NCBI GenBank assembly: GCA_951406725.2
Contig: OX597816.1
Coordinates: 101,680,001 to 101,744,000, forward strand
Length of the DNA stretch: 64,000 bases
Origin: Octopus vulgaris
Lineage: Eukaryota
Direction of reading: 5' to 3'
Shown in pieces: positions 63,438 through 64,000 of this stretch. Under the pieces are notes generated by a model that ran no database searches, was not told the origin of the DNA, and was given only the letters and a program-made list of their open reading frames with translations. The translations under genes and the position numbers were made by a program. Position 1 is the first letter of the stretch, and the number at the start of each line of letters is the position of its first letter.

Positions 63438-64000
63438 CTGCATTTACTAATATTTATAACTATTTGCATCAACACTGGGAGTGTAAGAATCTAAAAGCTG
63501 GACAAAATTATAATGATTCTAACAAAAATCCAAGTGAAGTAACACTTCACTTTATGATGCAACAGTGATGTTGCAGTGTTCTAGGGCTTTGTATATGTGT
63601 CTGGTTGTTTTGTTTCTTGAGTAGTCACCAAGAGTGTAAGGGTTGAAGCTAGCTGCTATAAGAAACTGTACCTATTGCCTGTCCATGTGGACTTTTATTT
63701 TTAATATTTTAATTTTTTTTATGTAGGTGTAGCTTAATAATGACAAAGTTATTTTACTCAAGTTTTCTTTATTTTCAAAATAAATTGAAACAAAGGCAAT
63801 GCAATTCAGTACAAATATGGTATCAAAATGGTTAAGGTGGTGTTGAATATTTTTTAATGTAAATTGATAGAAATGAATAGAATTGAAAGCTTTGTTGTTG
63901 ATGATGATTAGAATGGTATGTATACTCTTTTACTCTTTTACTTGTTTCAGTCATTTTGACTGCGGCCATGCTGGAGCACCGCCTTTTAGTCGAGCAACTC

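Noticed and set aside
62332-64000. Further upstream Drosha exons
   Set aside because: No RNase IIIb-coding sequence recognised. The next exon presumably lies beyond the window.

Overview
AT-rich, microsatellite-dense, intron-containing animal DNA. The SINE families and repeat load suggest an octopus or other coleoid cephalopod (inference). Two spliced genes face each other. (1) Plus strand: five phase-consistent exons (15626-15810, 23859-23967, 27309-27469, 35066-39583, 42002-42260) join into an open frame of 1743 aa, and the signal-peptide exon was not located. The product has a Delta/Serrate N-terminal MNNL/C2 domain that stops where the DSL domain should begin, then a ~1,470-aa cysteine-free Ser/Thr mucin-like stalk from one 4.5-kb exon, one TM helix, and a lysine-poor polyproline tail. 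This DSL-less, EGF-less Notch-ligand-derived membrane mucin is the main find. (2) Minus strand: the last three coding exons of Drosha (dsRBD and C-tail). The rest is TE debris: a near-full-length decayed HERO-like RLE LINE, CR1-like LINEs (one with an inverted 5' part), R4/Dong-like, Tx1-like and RTE fragments, Helitron pieces, mariner and hAT remnants, many tRNA-derived SINEs, Penelope-like ends with degenerate minimal hammerhead motifs, and several long intronic hairpins. All family assignments rest on motifs recognised by eye, and no searches were run.
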